Positions 56,352 through 64,000 of a stretch of 64,000 nt of DNA are shown here, one piece after another. Every line of letters begins with the position of its first letter. Positions within the stretch are counted from its first letter, which is position 1. A program made the position numbers and the translations under genes. Origin of the DNA: an uncultured Pseudomonadales bacterium (GTDB taxonomy: Bacteria > Patescibacteriota > Microgenomatia > UBA1400 > PJMF01); assembly GCA_964637295.1 (NCBI GenBank), contig CAZWWE010000004.1:26674-90673 (forward strand), in the 5' to 3' direction. Under the pieces are notes generated by a model. The model had not been told where the DNA came from and made no database searches. It was given only the letters and a program-made list of their open reading frames with translations.

Positions 56352-56530
56352 CTCTTCTTAGACAATGCAAAAATCATCCCCATTTAAAGAGAGAGGTGGT
56401 GATGAAAAGCTGAGACTTTTGCATTTTCTTTTTGCATTGTTAATTATTATAGGGCATTAGAGACTTTTGGTCAAATTTATAAGAGAAAAAGGACAGAGGG
56501 TGTTATACTATCTTGTGAAAATTTAACAAA

Positions 56531-56604
56531 AGGGCCGATAGCTCAGTTGGCTAGAGCGCTGCATTCGCATTGCAGAGGTCAGGGATTCGATTTCCCTTCG
56601 GTCC
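56531..56604 (+). tRNA. tRNA-Ala (anticodon CGC) with G3:U70 identity pair
   Basis: Acceptor gggccga/tcggtcc (G3:U70), anticodon stem ctgca/tgcag with loop ttCGCat, T-arm aggga-ttcgatt-tccct. Confidence 0.85.
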
Positions 56605-56634
56605 ACTTTTCTAGAACCAGTTTAATGAAGATGT

Positions 56635-57336
56635 TTATTTTTCAAAATTACTCAAAGCTTTGATGGTGCTAATAACGTAATTGCCATTTTGATCGGCGAA
56701 GGCGACAATTAAACATTGTAAATCTTGATAAAAATCGCTTAATTTAACTTCTTCGCCACGGTAATCTTGAAAACTAGTAGTTTTGCTAAAAGAAAAACGT
56801 TGTGGCGTTTCACCGTTGCGTGGCATCAATTGCAAGTCGTTTTTACCTAGTTCAGCAATAGAGCCAATACTAATGATTTTATTTTTTGGGGTGAAATCTT
56901 TTTCGTAAACTATGATTTTTTTGATTTTTAGATTATCTTCGACAAGCTCACTATAAACTCCCACCCAATTATCAATCACGATTTCGTCGATTTTAATATC
57001 CTTACCTTTTTTTTGAATAATTACGTCTTCATTGAGTGGCACAATTTTACTGCCCGCATAGTTATTGACAGTCAAAGTTTCTTGACTGACGCGAGTCACC
57101 TTGGCTAGATAAGCTCTTTGTGCGCGAACATTTGCGCCCACTGTGCCGAGCTCAGTTTTTTTCTCCTGAATGACTTTTTTGATATTATCAATGGTGCTAG
57201 TTGCCTCATTTTCTTGAGTTTCAGCACTGCTAGTCGAACTATTATTAGCAAAAACAATTCTTGCTGACCAGACAAATAAAACAAAAATCATTGCTAACAA
57301 TAATGCTTTAGATTTAATTTTCTTTTGTTGCTTCAT
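56635..57336 (-). CDS. hypothetical membrane-anchored/secreted protein (233 aa)
   Basis: N-terminal hydrophobic segment LLLAMIFVLFVWSARIVFA; no other motif. Confidence 0.45.
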   Translation of the reverse strand: MKQQKKIKSKALLLAMIFVLFVWSARIVFANNSSTSSAETQENEATSTIDNIKKVIQEKKTELGTVGANVRAQRAYLAKVTRVSQETLTVNNYAGSKIVPLNEDVIIQKKGKDIKIDEIVIDNWVGVYSELVEDNLKIKKIIVYEKDFTPKNKIISIGSIAELGKNDLQLMPRNGETPQRFSFSKTTSFQDYRGEEVKLSDFYQDLQCLIVAFADQNGNYVISTIKALSNFEK

Positions 57337-57748
57337 AAACTACGGTTCTTTGTTTACTGATTTGTTTGCCATCTTCATCAAGACTAATAATCTCGATTAA
57401 ATTGCCACCAAGCTCAAGTTTAACTTTCACCGAAAAATTACCAGCTTGATCAGTACTGCTAATTGTTTCTGCATCATTAACTAAAATCACCACAAAACTA
57501 TTTGGGTTGGCGCTACCAGAAACAATGAGCTCTTCTTCGCTAGTTAATAATTCTTCTTCTGGACTATTGATTACTAATTGAGGATCTTGCAGAGTGGCAG
57601 ACTCTGTACTTGTGGGACTATTAATTAATTGATCGGTGTCACTATTTTGGCCAGTCTTAGAATTTTCTCGATTTTGATAAATTCCAAAAGTGATCATCAG
57701 TCCAAGAGTAATGCCGATAAAAACTGCTAAAAGAATTTCTTTGCGCAT
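57314..57748 (-). CDS. hypothetical membrane-anchored protein with Ser/Thr/Glu-rich linker and beta-rich C-terminal domain
   Basis: N-terminal TM LLAVFIGITLGLMITFGI; overlaps downstream gene by 23 nt (operon). Confidence 0.45.
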   Translation of the reverse strand: MRKEILLAVFIGITLGLMITFGIYQNRENSKTGQNSDTDQLINSPTSTESATLQDPQLVINSPEEELLTSEEELIVSGSANPNSFVVILVNDAETISSTDQAGNFSVKVKLELGGNLIEIISLDEDGKQISKQRTVVYEATKEN

Positions 57749-57931
57749 AATATTTACGCTTAAGCCTCGTGCTTAAGAGAAAGTATCTTAAGCTAATTAT
57801 ACACAAAAGTAAAGTTTTAGGATAAGTTTTGACAGTTAAAATTCCTATGCTAGACTAAAAGCAAGCTTTGCGGAGAGGTTTATTTTAAAGCGTGAAACTT
57901 GCTTTTTAGTAAAAAAGGGAAAATTGAATTT

Positions 57932-58588
57932 ATGCAAATTACTTATCATGGTCATTCTTGCTTTAAGCTTAAAGGCGAATTGGGCAGTGTTGTTACAGAT
58001 CCATTTGATGAAAAATCAGTGGGTATTTCGCTGCCTCGTTTGAATGCCGAAATAGTTACTATTTCTCACAATCATGCTGATCACAATGCCAGTAACAAAG
58101 TTAAAGGCACCAGTAAAAGGGAGAAACCTTTTATCATAGATTTTCCTGGAGAATATGAGGTAGGTGGCGTTTCGGTTTTTGGCATTAAAACTTTTCATGA
58201 TCAAGTGGGCGGGGCAGAAAAAGGCAACAACATCGTTTTTAAAATTTTAATTGATGGTTTGACCGTTTGTCATTTGGGTGATCTTGCTCATCAGTTGGAT
58301 GAACAGCAATTAGACGCCATTGGTATGGTTGATGTTTTGTTTTTACCGGTAGGTGGGCCGTTTTCTTTGATGAATGATGAAGCAATCAAAGTTGCTAACG
58401 CCATCAGTCCGAGTATTTTAATTCCTATGCATTACAGTGATGCCGCTTATCCAAGTGATACACAACTAAAGCCCCTAGATCAGTTTTTACAAAGTTTTGG
58501 TGCCTCTGTTGAGCCCGAAGACAAGCTAATCGTGGAAAAAGAGCGTTTGCCTGAAGAAATGCAATTGGTGGTTTTACGCCGTAGTTAA
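57932..58588 (+). CDS. MBL-fold metal-dependent hydrolase (UPF0173-like)
   Basis: MQITYHGHSCFKL ... ISHNHADH pattern; start at internal ATG. Confidence 0.75.
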   Translation: MQITYHGHSCFKLKGELGSVVTDPFDEKSVGISLPRLNAEIVTISHNHADHNASNKVKGTSKREKPFIIDFPGEYEVGGVSVFGIKTFHDQVGGAEKGNNIVFKILIDGLTVCHLGDLAHQLDEQQLDAIGMVDVLFLPVGGPFSLMNDEAIKVANAISPSILIPMHYSDAAYPSDTQLKPLDQFLQSFGASVEPEDKLIVEKERLPEEMQLVVLRRS

Positions 58589-58625
58589 AAATAAAATAAA
58601 TTGAAAACAGAGAATAAAAAGTTAT

Positions 58626-59933
58626 ATGGATCCAAAAATTCCTCCACATGACATTGATGCAGAAAAGTCAGTTTTGGCAGCAATTTTGATTGACAAAGAC
58701 GCCATTATTAAGGCTTCAGAAATTCTTAAGCCAGAGTCTTTTTATAGTAAAGCCCATCAAGCTATTTTTGCGGCCATGCTAGAACTTTATGACAAGCGCA
58801 TGGCAATTGACGTCATCACTCTTAAAGATCAATTGACCAAAGATAAAACAATTCGCACCGCTGGGGGAGTTTCTGGCATCAGTCAACTGTCCAACTTATT
58901 ATCCACTGCTGCCAACGTGGAGAATTATGCTTCCATGGTCAAAGAAAAGTATGTCAAAAGAGAATTAATTGCGCTTTCCAACGAAGTTGGCAATTTAGCT
59001 TTTGATGAAAGCAAAGAAGTTAACGAGATTCTTGATAGCGCTGAACAGCAGGTGATGGCCATTTCACAAACTCATGCTCGTCGTGATTTTTTACCCATTA
59101 AACAAACTTTAGTAGAAAGTTTTGATCGATTAGATGAATTGCAAAAAAGCGGGGGAGAACTGCGCGGTCTAGCCACTGGTTTTAATGATTTAGATCGTCT
59201 AACGGCTGGTTTGCAAAAATCTAATCTGGTAATTTTGGCCGCACGACCTGGCACTGGTAAAACTGCCTTTGCTGTCAACATTGCCCAATACGCCACCATT
59301 GTCGCCAAGAAAAAAGTAGGTTTTTTCTCTTTGGAAATGAGTCGAGAAGAATTAGTTGATCGTCTTTTAGTTGGCCAAGCCGACATTGATGCTTGGAAAC
59401 TCAAAACTGGTCGTTTGTCTCAAGAAGATTTTCTGAAAATTTCTGACGCGATGGGGGTTTTAGCAGAGAGCAAGCTTTTTATTGACGACACCCCAGGACT
59501 TAGTATTTATGAAATGCGTACCAAGGCGCGCCGTTTAATGATGGAGCAAAACATTGATTTGTTAATTGTTGATTATTTGCAATTAGCTCATGGTCAAAAT
59601 CGCGAAAATCGTGTTCAAGAAGTGGGAGAAATTTCTCAAGGTTTAAAAAACATTGCTCGAGAACTCAAAATTCCAGTTTTAGCTTTGGCGCAGTTGTCTC
59701 GCGCCGTTGAACAACGTGGCGAAAAAGCTCCTCAACTTTCCGATCTTCGTGAGTCTGGTTCGATTGAACAAGATGCTGATTTAGTGATGTTTTTATATCG
59801 CAAAGATGATGATTTACGAGAAGCCGTTACTTTGAAAATCGCCAAGCATCGCAATGGTAGCTTAGGGGACATCGAACTTTACTTCAGAGGTGATCGAGTC
59901 AAGTTTTTTGGAATGGAGAATCGTAAACAGTAG
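58626..59933 (+). CDS. dnaB: replicative DNA helicase DnaB
   Basis: Walker A ARPGTGKTAF, GLATGFNDLD, arginine finger region LAQLSRAVEQR. Confidence 0.95.
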   Translation: MDPKIPPHDIDAEKSVLAAILIDKDAIIKASEILKPESFYSKAHQAIFAAMLELYDKRMAIDVITLKDQLTKDKTIRTAGGVSGISQLSNLLSTAANVENYASMVKEKYVKRELIALSNEVGNLAFDESKEVNEILDSAEQQVMAISQTHARRDFLPIKQTLVESFDRLDELQKSGGELRGLATGFNDLDRLTAGLQKSNLVILAARPGTGKTAFAVNIAQYATIVAKKKVGFFSLEMSREELVDRLLVGQADIDAWKLKTGRLSQEDFLKISDAMGVLAESKLFIDDTPGLSIYEMRTKARRLMMEQNIDLLIVDYLQLAHGQNRENRVQEVGEISQGLKNIARELKIPVLALAQLSRAVEQRGEKAPQLSDLRESGSIEQDADLVMFLYRKDDDLREAVTLKIAKHRNGSLGDIELYFRGDRVKFFGMENRKQ

Positions 59934-60176
59934 TATTTTTGTTTCATTTTCTCTTCAGTGATCGCTTGATCAGATACATCTTTTCACGCGATCAAATGCT
60001 TCGAAAATGAAACAAAAATACATCATTTTTTCTCTTCAGTGATCGCTTGATCAGATACATCTTTTCACGCGATCAAATGCTTCGAAAATGAAACAAAAAT
60101 ACATCATTTTTTCTCTTCAGTGATCGCTTGATCAGATACATCTTTTCACGCGATCAAATGCTTTTTTATTTGGTGC
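59934..60176. repeat. tandem direct repeat, 80/81-bp unit x about 3 (third truncated), GATC-dense, first unit enclosed by a 19-bp perfect inverted repeat
   Basis: Unit tctcttcagtgatcgcttgatcagatacatcttttcacgcgatcaaatgc(t)tcgaaaatgaaacaaaaatacatcattttt at 59951, 60031, 60112; arms gtatttttgtttcattttc / gaaaatgaaacaaaaatac. Confidence 0.9.
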
Positions 60177-60399
60177 CAATTCCAAACAGTAAATAAATTA
60201 AACCTCCGGAGAGTAATAAAAACATAGTAAAAAAGCCAAGATTGGCCTTGAGTTTTTTGCTAGAAGCACTGACATTTGGGTTGTCAACGCTAATGATGAT
60301 GATCATGGCAATGACAATCCAAATTAAACCTCGTAGTACAATTGACCACATGCTGTCGACTGCAAAAGCTTTGTGAATTAGTTCGCTAATTAAGGCCAT
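60166..60399 (-). CDS. small membrane protein (77 aa, 2 TM helices)
   Basis: VLRGLIWIVIAMIIIISV and LGFFTMFLLLSGGLIYLLFGI hydrophobic helices. Confidence 0.5.
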   Translation of the reverse strand: MALISELIHKAFAVDSMWSIVLRGLIWIVIAMIIIISVDNPNVSASSKKLKANLGFFTMFLLLSGGLIYLLFGIGTK

Positions 60400-60525
60400 A
60401 TCTAAATATGACTGATTTTTTATTGCTAGACAAGAGGAAATGATTGCATTTGCGTGACCAGTACATTTGCGTTGATCTATTGGAAATTTAAGGTAAAATA
60501 AGAAAGTCTTAGTGAAGAGCTCTTA

Positions 60526-60609
60526 GCCGAGATGGCGGAATTGGTAGACGCGTAGGTCTCAAAAACCTATGAAGGCAACTTCATGAGGGTTCGATTCCCT
60601 CTCCCGGCA
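60526..60609 (+). tRNA. tRNA-Leu (anticodon CAA), class II long variable arm
   Basis: Acceptor gccgaga/tcccggc (one A-C mismatch), anticodon stem taggt/accta with loop ctCAAaa, long variable arm tgaaggcaacttcatg, T-loop ttcgatt. Confidence 0.8.
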
Positions 60610-60630
60610 CCCTTTAATGATTGTGATTTT

Positions 60631-61419
60631 ATGTTACCAATTCTTTTTGAGCTGCCATTTCTTAAACTCAAATCTCTAACGCTGTTAGCTTTTTTAGCTT
60701 TCTTTTTTTCAGCTTTTGTTTTTTGGCGTAAGGGTAGAGAAGAACACTATAATTCTTTTGAAATTTTTGATGCTTTTTTATTATCTGGGCTTTTTGGTTT
60801 TATTTTAGGTCGCATTATTTTTGTTATTTTTCATTGGTCAGTTTTTAGTAGTAACGTTTTGAGTGTATTTAATATTATTAACTATCCAGGCAATGAACCC
60901 CTGGTAGTTTTGGCTGGAGCCATTTGGTTTTTATATCGTCATGCTGTCAAGGCCAAATGGGATGCGTTTGAAGTTTTAGATTTTTATGTAACTGCTATCA
61001 GCTTGGGGATGATTTTCATTTATGCTGGATTTTTCTTAGATGGCAGCTATGGAGGAACCTTTACCAATCTGCCTTGGGGTATTATCGTGCCAGGTACTTT
61101 TGAGAAAACTCATCCTGCGCAACTTTATGCCTTATTTTATTATTTATTGAGTTATATTTACTTAAGTAGAATTGAATATGTTTACCGTACGCTAGAATGG
61201 TATCGCAGTGGTAAAAAAACGGCTCAATCTGGTTTTCTTTTCAGTACTTTTTTAATTTTAACTGCTCTTTTTCATTTAATCACTGGCCCCATTCGTTTGC
61301 CTGGTATTTTGATCAATGGTATGGTCTTGGATTATTTTATTTATTTAGCGATGCTTATTTTTGGTTTAATTATTCTTTACCAAAGATCTGGTCGTTCTTT
61401 ACACATATTTAAAAAATGA
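60631..61419 (+). CDS. lgt: prolipoprotein diacylglyceryl transferase
   Basis: Polytopic; PWGIIVPGTFEKTHPAQLYALFYY matches Lgt signature (PWG..FP....RHP.QLYE); start moved to ATG 60631 because track ORF overlaps tRNA-Leu. Confidence 0.75.
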   Translation: MLPILFELPFLKLKSLTLLAFLAFFFSAFVFWRKGREEHYNSFEIFDAFLLSGLFGFILGRIIFVIFHWSVFSSNVLSVFNIINYPGNEPLVVLAGAIWFLYRHAVKAKWDAFEVLDFYVTAISLGMIFIYAGFFLDGSYGGTFTNLPWGIIVPGTFEKTHPAQLYALFYYLLSYIYLSRIEYVYRTLEWYRSGKKTAQSGFLFSTFLILTALFHLITGPIRLPGILINGMVLDYFIYLAMLIFGLIILYQRSGRSLHIFKK

Positions 61420-62270
61420 TCACGAAACTAGATATTTTATACGAAGATCAAGACTTAATCGTACTTAACAAGCCGAGTGCTTTAACAGTCAATCGTTCTT
61501 CTACGATGAAGGCACAAACCGTTCAGGATTGGTTGGTGAAAAAATTTGGCGAAGAGTATTTCACTAGAAATTTTTGGGAAAAAGATTTATCTTATCAAAA
61601 TTTAATTCCCATTGATTTTACCGATGAATTTGGCGATGTATTTGCTACTTGGCAAGAAAGATTAGGAGTAGTACATCGTTTGGATAAAGATACTAGTGGG
61701 GTGCTGATTTTAGCTAAAAATCCAGGTTCATTATTGAATTTATTAGCTCAATTTAAAAAACGCCAAACACAAAAAACTTATTTAGCCCTAGTTCACGGTC
61801 ATTTTTCAGATAAAAAAGGTGTAATTAATGCGCCAATGGCTCGTAATTCTCAGAACAGATTGAAGTTTGCAATTGATAACAATGGTCGTCAAGCCGTTAC
61901 GGAATATAAAGTTGTTAAGGAGTTTTCTGCATTAAACGAAGCGACAATCAAGCAAGTGACTGAATTGAGTAAAAGCAAAACAAAGAAAGTCAAAGAGCTT
62001 TATCAAGCGGGTTTTTCTTTGGTAGAAGTCGCTCCTAAGACTGGTCGCACTCATCAAATCAGAGTGCATATGGCTGCCATGCAGCATCCCATTGTTGGCG
62101 ACCAGCTTTATGTTGGCAGAAAACGCGCTAAATTAGATAGTTTTTGGTGCCCACGACAGTTTTTACATGCTCAATCGATTGAGTTTTTACACCCCAGAAC
62201 TCAAGAGAAGATCTTTGTTGAAGCTCCTTTGAGCGCTGATTTACAACAAATTTTAAAGCTTGTGTTGTAA
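61416..62270 (+). CDS. RluA-family pseudouridine synthase
   Basis: HRLDKDTSGVLILAKN catalytic Asp motif; MITKLDILYEDQDLIVLNKPSAL N-terminus. Confidence 0.85.
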   Translation: MITKLDILYEDQDLIVLNKPSALTVNRSSTMKAQTVQDWLVKKFGEEYFTRNFWEKDLSYQNLIPIDFTDEFGDVFATWQERLGVVHRLDKDTSGVLILAKNPGSLLNLLAQFKKRQTQKTYLALVHGHFSDKKGVINAPMARNSQNRLKFAIDNNGRQAVTEYKVVKEFSALNEATIKQVTELSKSKTKKVKELYQAGFSLVEVAPKTGRTHQIRVHMAAMQHPIVGDQLYVGRKRAKLDSFWCPRQFLHAQSIEFLHPRTQEKIFVEAPLSADLQQILKLVL

Positions 62271-62440
62271 TTTTGACCATGATAAAATCCTTTCAATTAA
62301 AAAAGTAAGAGTGCGAAAAGACGTTTAGTTTTTCGTATTCCCAAGTAACAAACCTGAGTTAAATCAGGGGGACACCAAGTGAATAAGAAGAATTAAGCGT
62401 CTTTTTTTATTTAAAAAAGGATCAATAAGGAAACAAAAAC

Positions 62441-63034
62441 ATGATTTTTCAAAAAATTAGTTTTCAAAATGATAAAGCACAATATATAACTCCAAGTTGG
62501 GATCAACTTGATAGCTTAACTTTAAGTGTAGCCAAAAAAGTTAAACAATCAAAAATTAAATTTGATTTAATCATTGCTTTGGCCAAAGGAGCTTGGCCCA
62601 TGAGCCGCTCGTTTTATGACTATACTTCCATCAAAGAGTTGGCTAGTCTTGGCGTACAATTTTACAGTGGTATCAATCAAAGATTAGCCAAGCCGAATAT
62701 TTATCAAAAATTACCTACTACTATTAAGAACAAAAATATTTTGATTTTTGATGATGTTTCTGACACTGGAGATTCACTGATTTTTACCAAAGAATATTTG
62801 TTCAAACAAGGAGCGAAGGAGGTGAAAACGGCTACTTTATTTATTAAGCCTTGGTCAAAATTTATACCTGATTTTTATGGAGCTGAAACCGACGCTTGGA
62901 TTATTTTTCCTTTTGAGAAGAAGGAAATGCGTGACTTGCTTGGAGCAAGTTGGCAAAAACAGGGAGCCAACCAAAAAGAAGTTCTAAAAAGACATAAAGA
63001 AATCGGCTTGAGTCAAGAAATATTGGATTTATAA
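62441..63034 (+). CDS. type I phosphoribosyltransferase (purine PRTase-like)
   Basis: ILIFDDVSDTGDSL PRPP-binding motif; immediately upstream of guaA. Confidence 0.7.
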   Translation: MIFQKISFQNDKAQYITPSWDQLDSLTLSVAKKVKQSKIKFDLIIALAKGAWPMSRSFYDYTSIKELASLGVQFYSGINQRLAKPNIYQKLPTTIKNKNILIFDDVSDTGDSLIFTKEYLFKQGAKEVKTATLFIKPWSKFIPDFYGAETDAWIIFPFEKKEMRDLLGASWQKQGANQKEVLKRHKEIGLSQEILDL

Positions 63035-63045
63035 CTTTGATCAAT

Positions 63046-64000
63046 ATGAAACCTGAAAAAATAGTTATTTTAGATGCTGGCGGTCAATACGCCAAAGTGA
63101 TTGATCGAAAAGTCAGAGAGCTGGGCGTTGAATCTGATTTGTTACCGCTAAATACTTCTGTCACAAAATTACAAGACTATGCAGCAATTATTATTTCTGG
63201 TGGCCCACAAAGTGTTTATGGAATTTCAGCTCCAAAATATGATCATAAATTGTTAGAGCTTGATAAGCCAATTTTGGGCATTTGTTATGGTATGCAGTTG
63301 TTGGCTTATGCTGAAGGAGGCAAAGTAAATAAAAAGCAGCGAAGAGAAGACGGACCTTGTTTGATCAGTGTTGATCCACAATCTTTATTATTTGCCGGAT
63401 TAAATGAAACACAAACGGTTTTAATGTCTCACGGCGACAGTGTTTCTCATTTGCCAAAAAAATACGAGCAAATAGCTCAGTCTGGAAATTTAATCGCAGC
63501 GATTGCCAATTCATCTGCTAAAAAATATGGGGTTCAATTTCATCCCGAAGTTGATTTGACTGAAAATGGTCAAAAAATGCTAAGTAATTTTTTATTTAAG
63601 ATCGTTCAGCTAAAAGCAAGCTTTACTCTAGAAGATAGAGAAAAAAAAGCGATTGCCTATATCAAGAGTGCAATTGGTGACAAGCAGGTCTTGCTTTTGG
63701 CGAGTGGAGGAGTGGACTCAACTGTCTGTGCCGCTTTACTACAAAAAGCTCTAAAACCTGAACAAATTATTGCTTTACACGTTGACAGCGGTTTTATGAG
63801 GCAAGATGAAAGTCAGGCAGTTAAAATTGCTTTGGCAAAAATTGGTATAAATCTCACCGTTATCGATGCTAAACAAGATTTTTTTGCAGCTAAAACAAAA
63901 ATTGCTGGTCAGGAAATTGGCCCACTCGCAAAAATCACTGATCCCCAAGTTAAAAGAAAAATTATTGGAGATACCTTTATTAAGGTAACGGAAAACTATT
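63046..64000 (+). CDS. guaA: GMP synthase (glutamine-hydrolysing), N-terminal ~318 aa (3-prime end outside window)
   Basis: Hand translation MKPEKIVILDAGGQYAKVIDRKVRELGV... GATase active site ILGICYGMQ, ATP-PPase P-loop LLASGGVDSTV; runs off window end. Confidence 0.9.
   Translation, partial: MKPEKIVILDAGGQYAKVIDRKVRELGVESDLLPLNTSVTKLQDYAAIIISGGPQSVYGISAPKYDHKLLELDKPILGICYGMQLLAYAEGGKVNKKQRREDGPCLISVDPQSLLFAGLNETQTVLMSHGDSVSHLPKKYEQIAQSGNLIAAIANSSAKKYGVQFHPEVDLTENGQKMLSNFLFKIVQLKASFTLEDREKKAIAYIKSAIGDKQVLLLASGGVDSTVCAALLQKALKPEQIIALHVDSGFMRQDESQAVKIALAKIGINLTVIDAKQDFFAAKTKIAGQEIGPLAKITDPQVKRKIIGDTFIKVTENY

Noticed and set aside
56137-56530. T-box riboswitch leader for hisS
   Set aside because: No convincing T-box sequence (AGGGUGGNACCGCG) on the hisS strand, and the terminator-like hairpin lies about 200 nt from the start codon, too far for a standard T-box expression platform.
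59934-60176. Possible CRISPR array (regular direct repeats)
   Set aside because: Repeat units are immediately adjacent with no unique spacers and there are no cas genes nearby; this is a tandem satellite-like repeat, not CRISPR.
58626-60176. Chromosomal origin (oriC) with DnaA boxes next to dnaB
   Set aside because: No TTATCCACA-like DnaA boxes were found in or around the repeat array, and dnaA/dnaN are not in the window; the origin idea is kept only as one hypothesis for the GATC-rich repeats.
60583-60630. Track ORF 60583-61419 overlapping tRNA-Leu
   Set aside because: The 5-prime 48 nt overlap the tRNA-Leu gene on the same strand; the Lgt homology and a proper ATG begin at 60631.
62290-62440. 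Canonical guanine/adenine riboswitch before the PRTase-guaA operon
   Set aside because: Conserved purine-aptamer elements (UAUA J1/2, GUUUCUACC J2/3, CCGUAAAU L3) are absent; kept only as a generic structured-leader candidate.

Overview
This 64 kb window reads as a densely packed, low-GC housekeeping region from a small-genome bacterium. Gene content, AT-rich intergenic regions, many short or fused proteins and numerous lineage-specific hypothetical ORFs fit a Patescibacteria/CPR-like organism, but that placement is inference only. Coordinates I derived by hand (tRNAs, repeats, terminators, revised starts) may be off by 1-2 nt; the rplA start differed by 1 nt between my count and the ORF track.

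Recognisable operons, in order: thrS (3-prime part); the conserved secE-nusG-rplK-rplA block (minus strand); a tRNA-Thr/Tyr/Thr cluster followed by rpmG; tRNA-Trp; rpmB; def-fmt; mreC-mreD-mrdA; dprA-topA; nadD and nadE; a dTMP/folate island (dCMP deaminase, HD and HIT proteins, thyA, a CofE-like ligase plus a RibD_C-type reductase, dut, tmk); recR, hpf, cysS, radC, tgt, ychF; rpsF-ssb-rpsR (rpsR is absent from the ORF track); ctpA, prfA, rpmE, hisS; tRNA-Ala; dnaB; tRNA-Leu; lgt, an RluA-family synthase, a purine phosphoribosyltransferase and guaA (5-prime part).

Accessory content: two complete BrnT/BrnA toxin-antitoxin modules plus an orphan BrnA-like remnant; an HTH + LAGLIDADG-like ORF abutting tRNA-Trp; a 680-aa membrane protein with three tandem six-cysteine repeats; an MscL fused to a zinc ribbon; an O-antigen-ligase/TPR fusion.

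Sequence-level oddities: a 59-bp tandem duplication upstream of tRNA-Thr in which only the proximal copy carries a consensus sigma70 promoter; a perfect ~24-bp inverted repeat pair in the MBL/dut divergent promoter region; a GATC-dense 80/81-bp tandem repeat (about 3 copies) downstream of dnaB. I found no CRISPR array, no rRNA and no reverse transcriptase. The candidates I consider most worth follow-up are the CofE-like/RibD_C pair next to thyA-dut-tmk, the cysteine-repeat envelope protein, the dnaB-proximal GATC repeat array and the HTH-LAGLIDADG element with its neighbouring ORF at tRNA-Trp.
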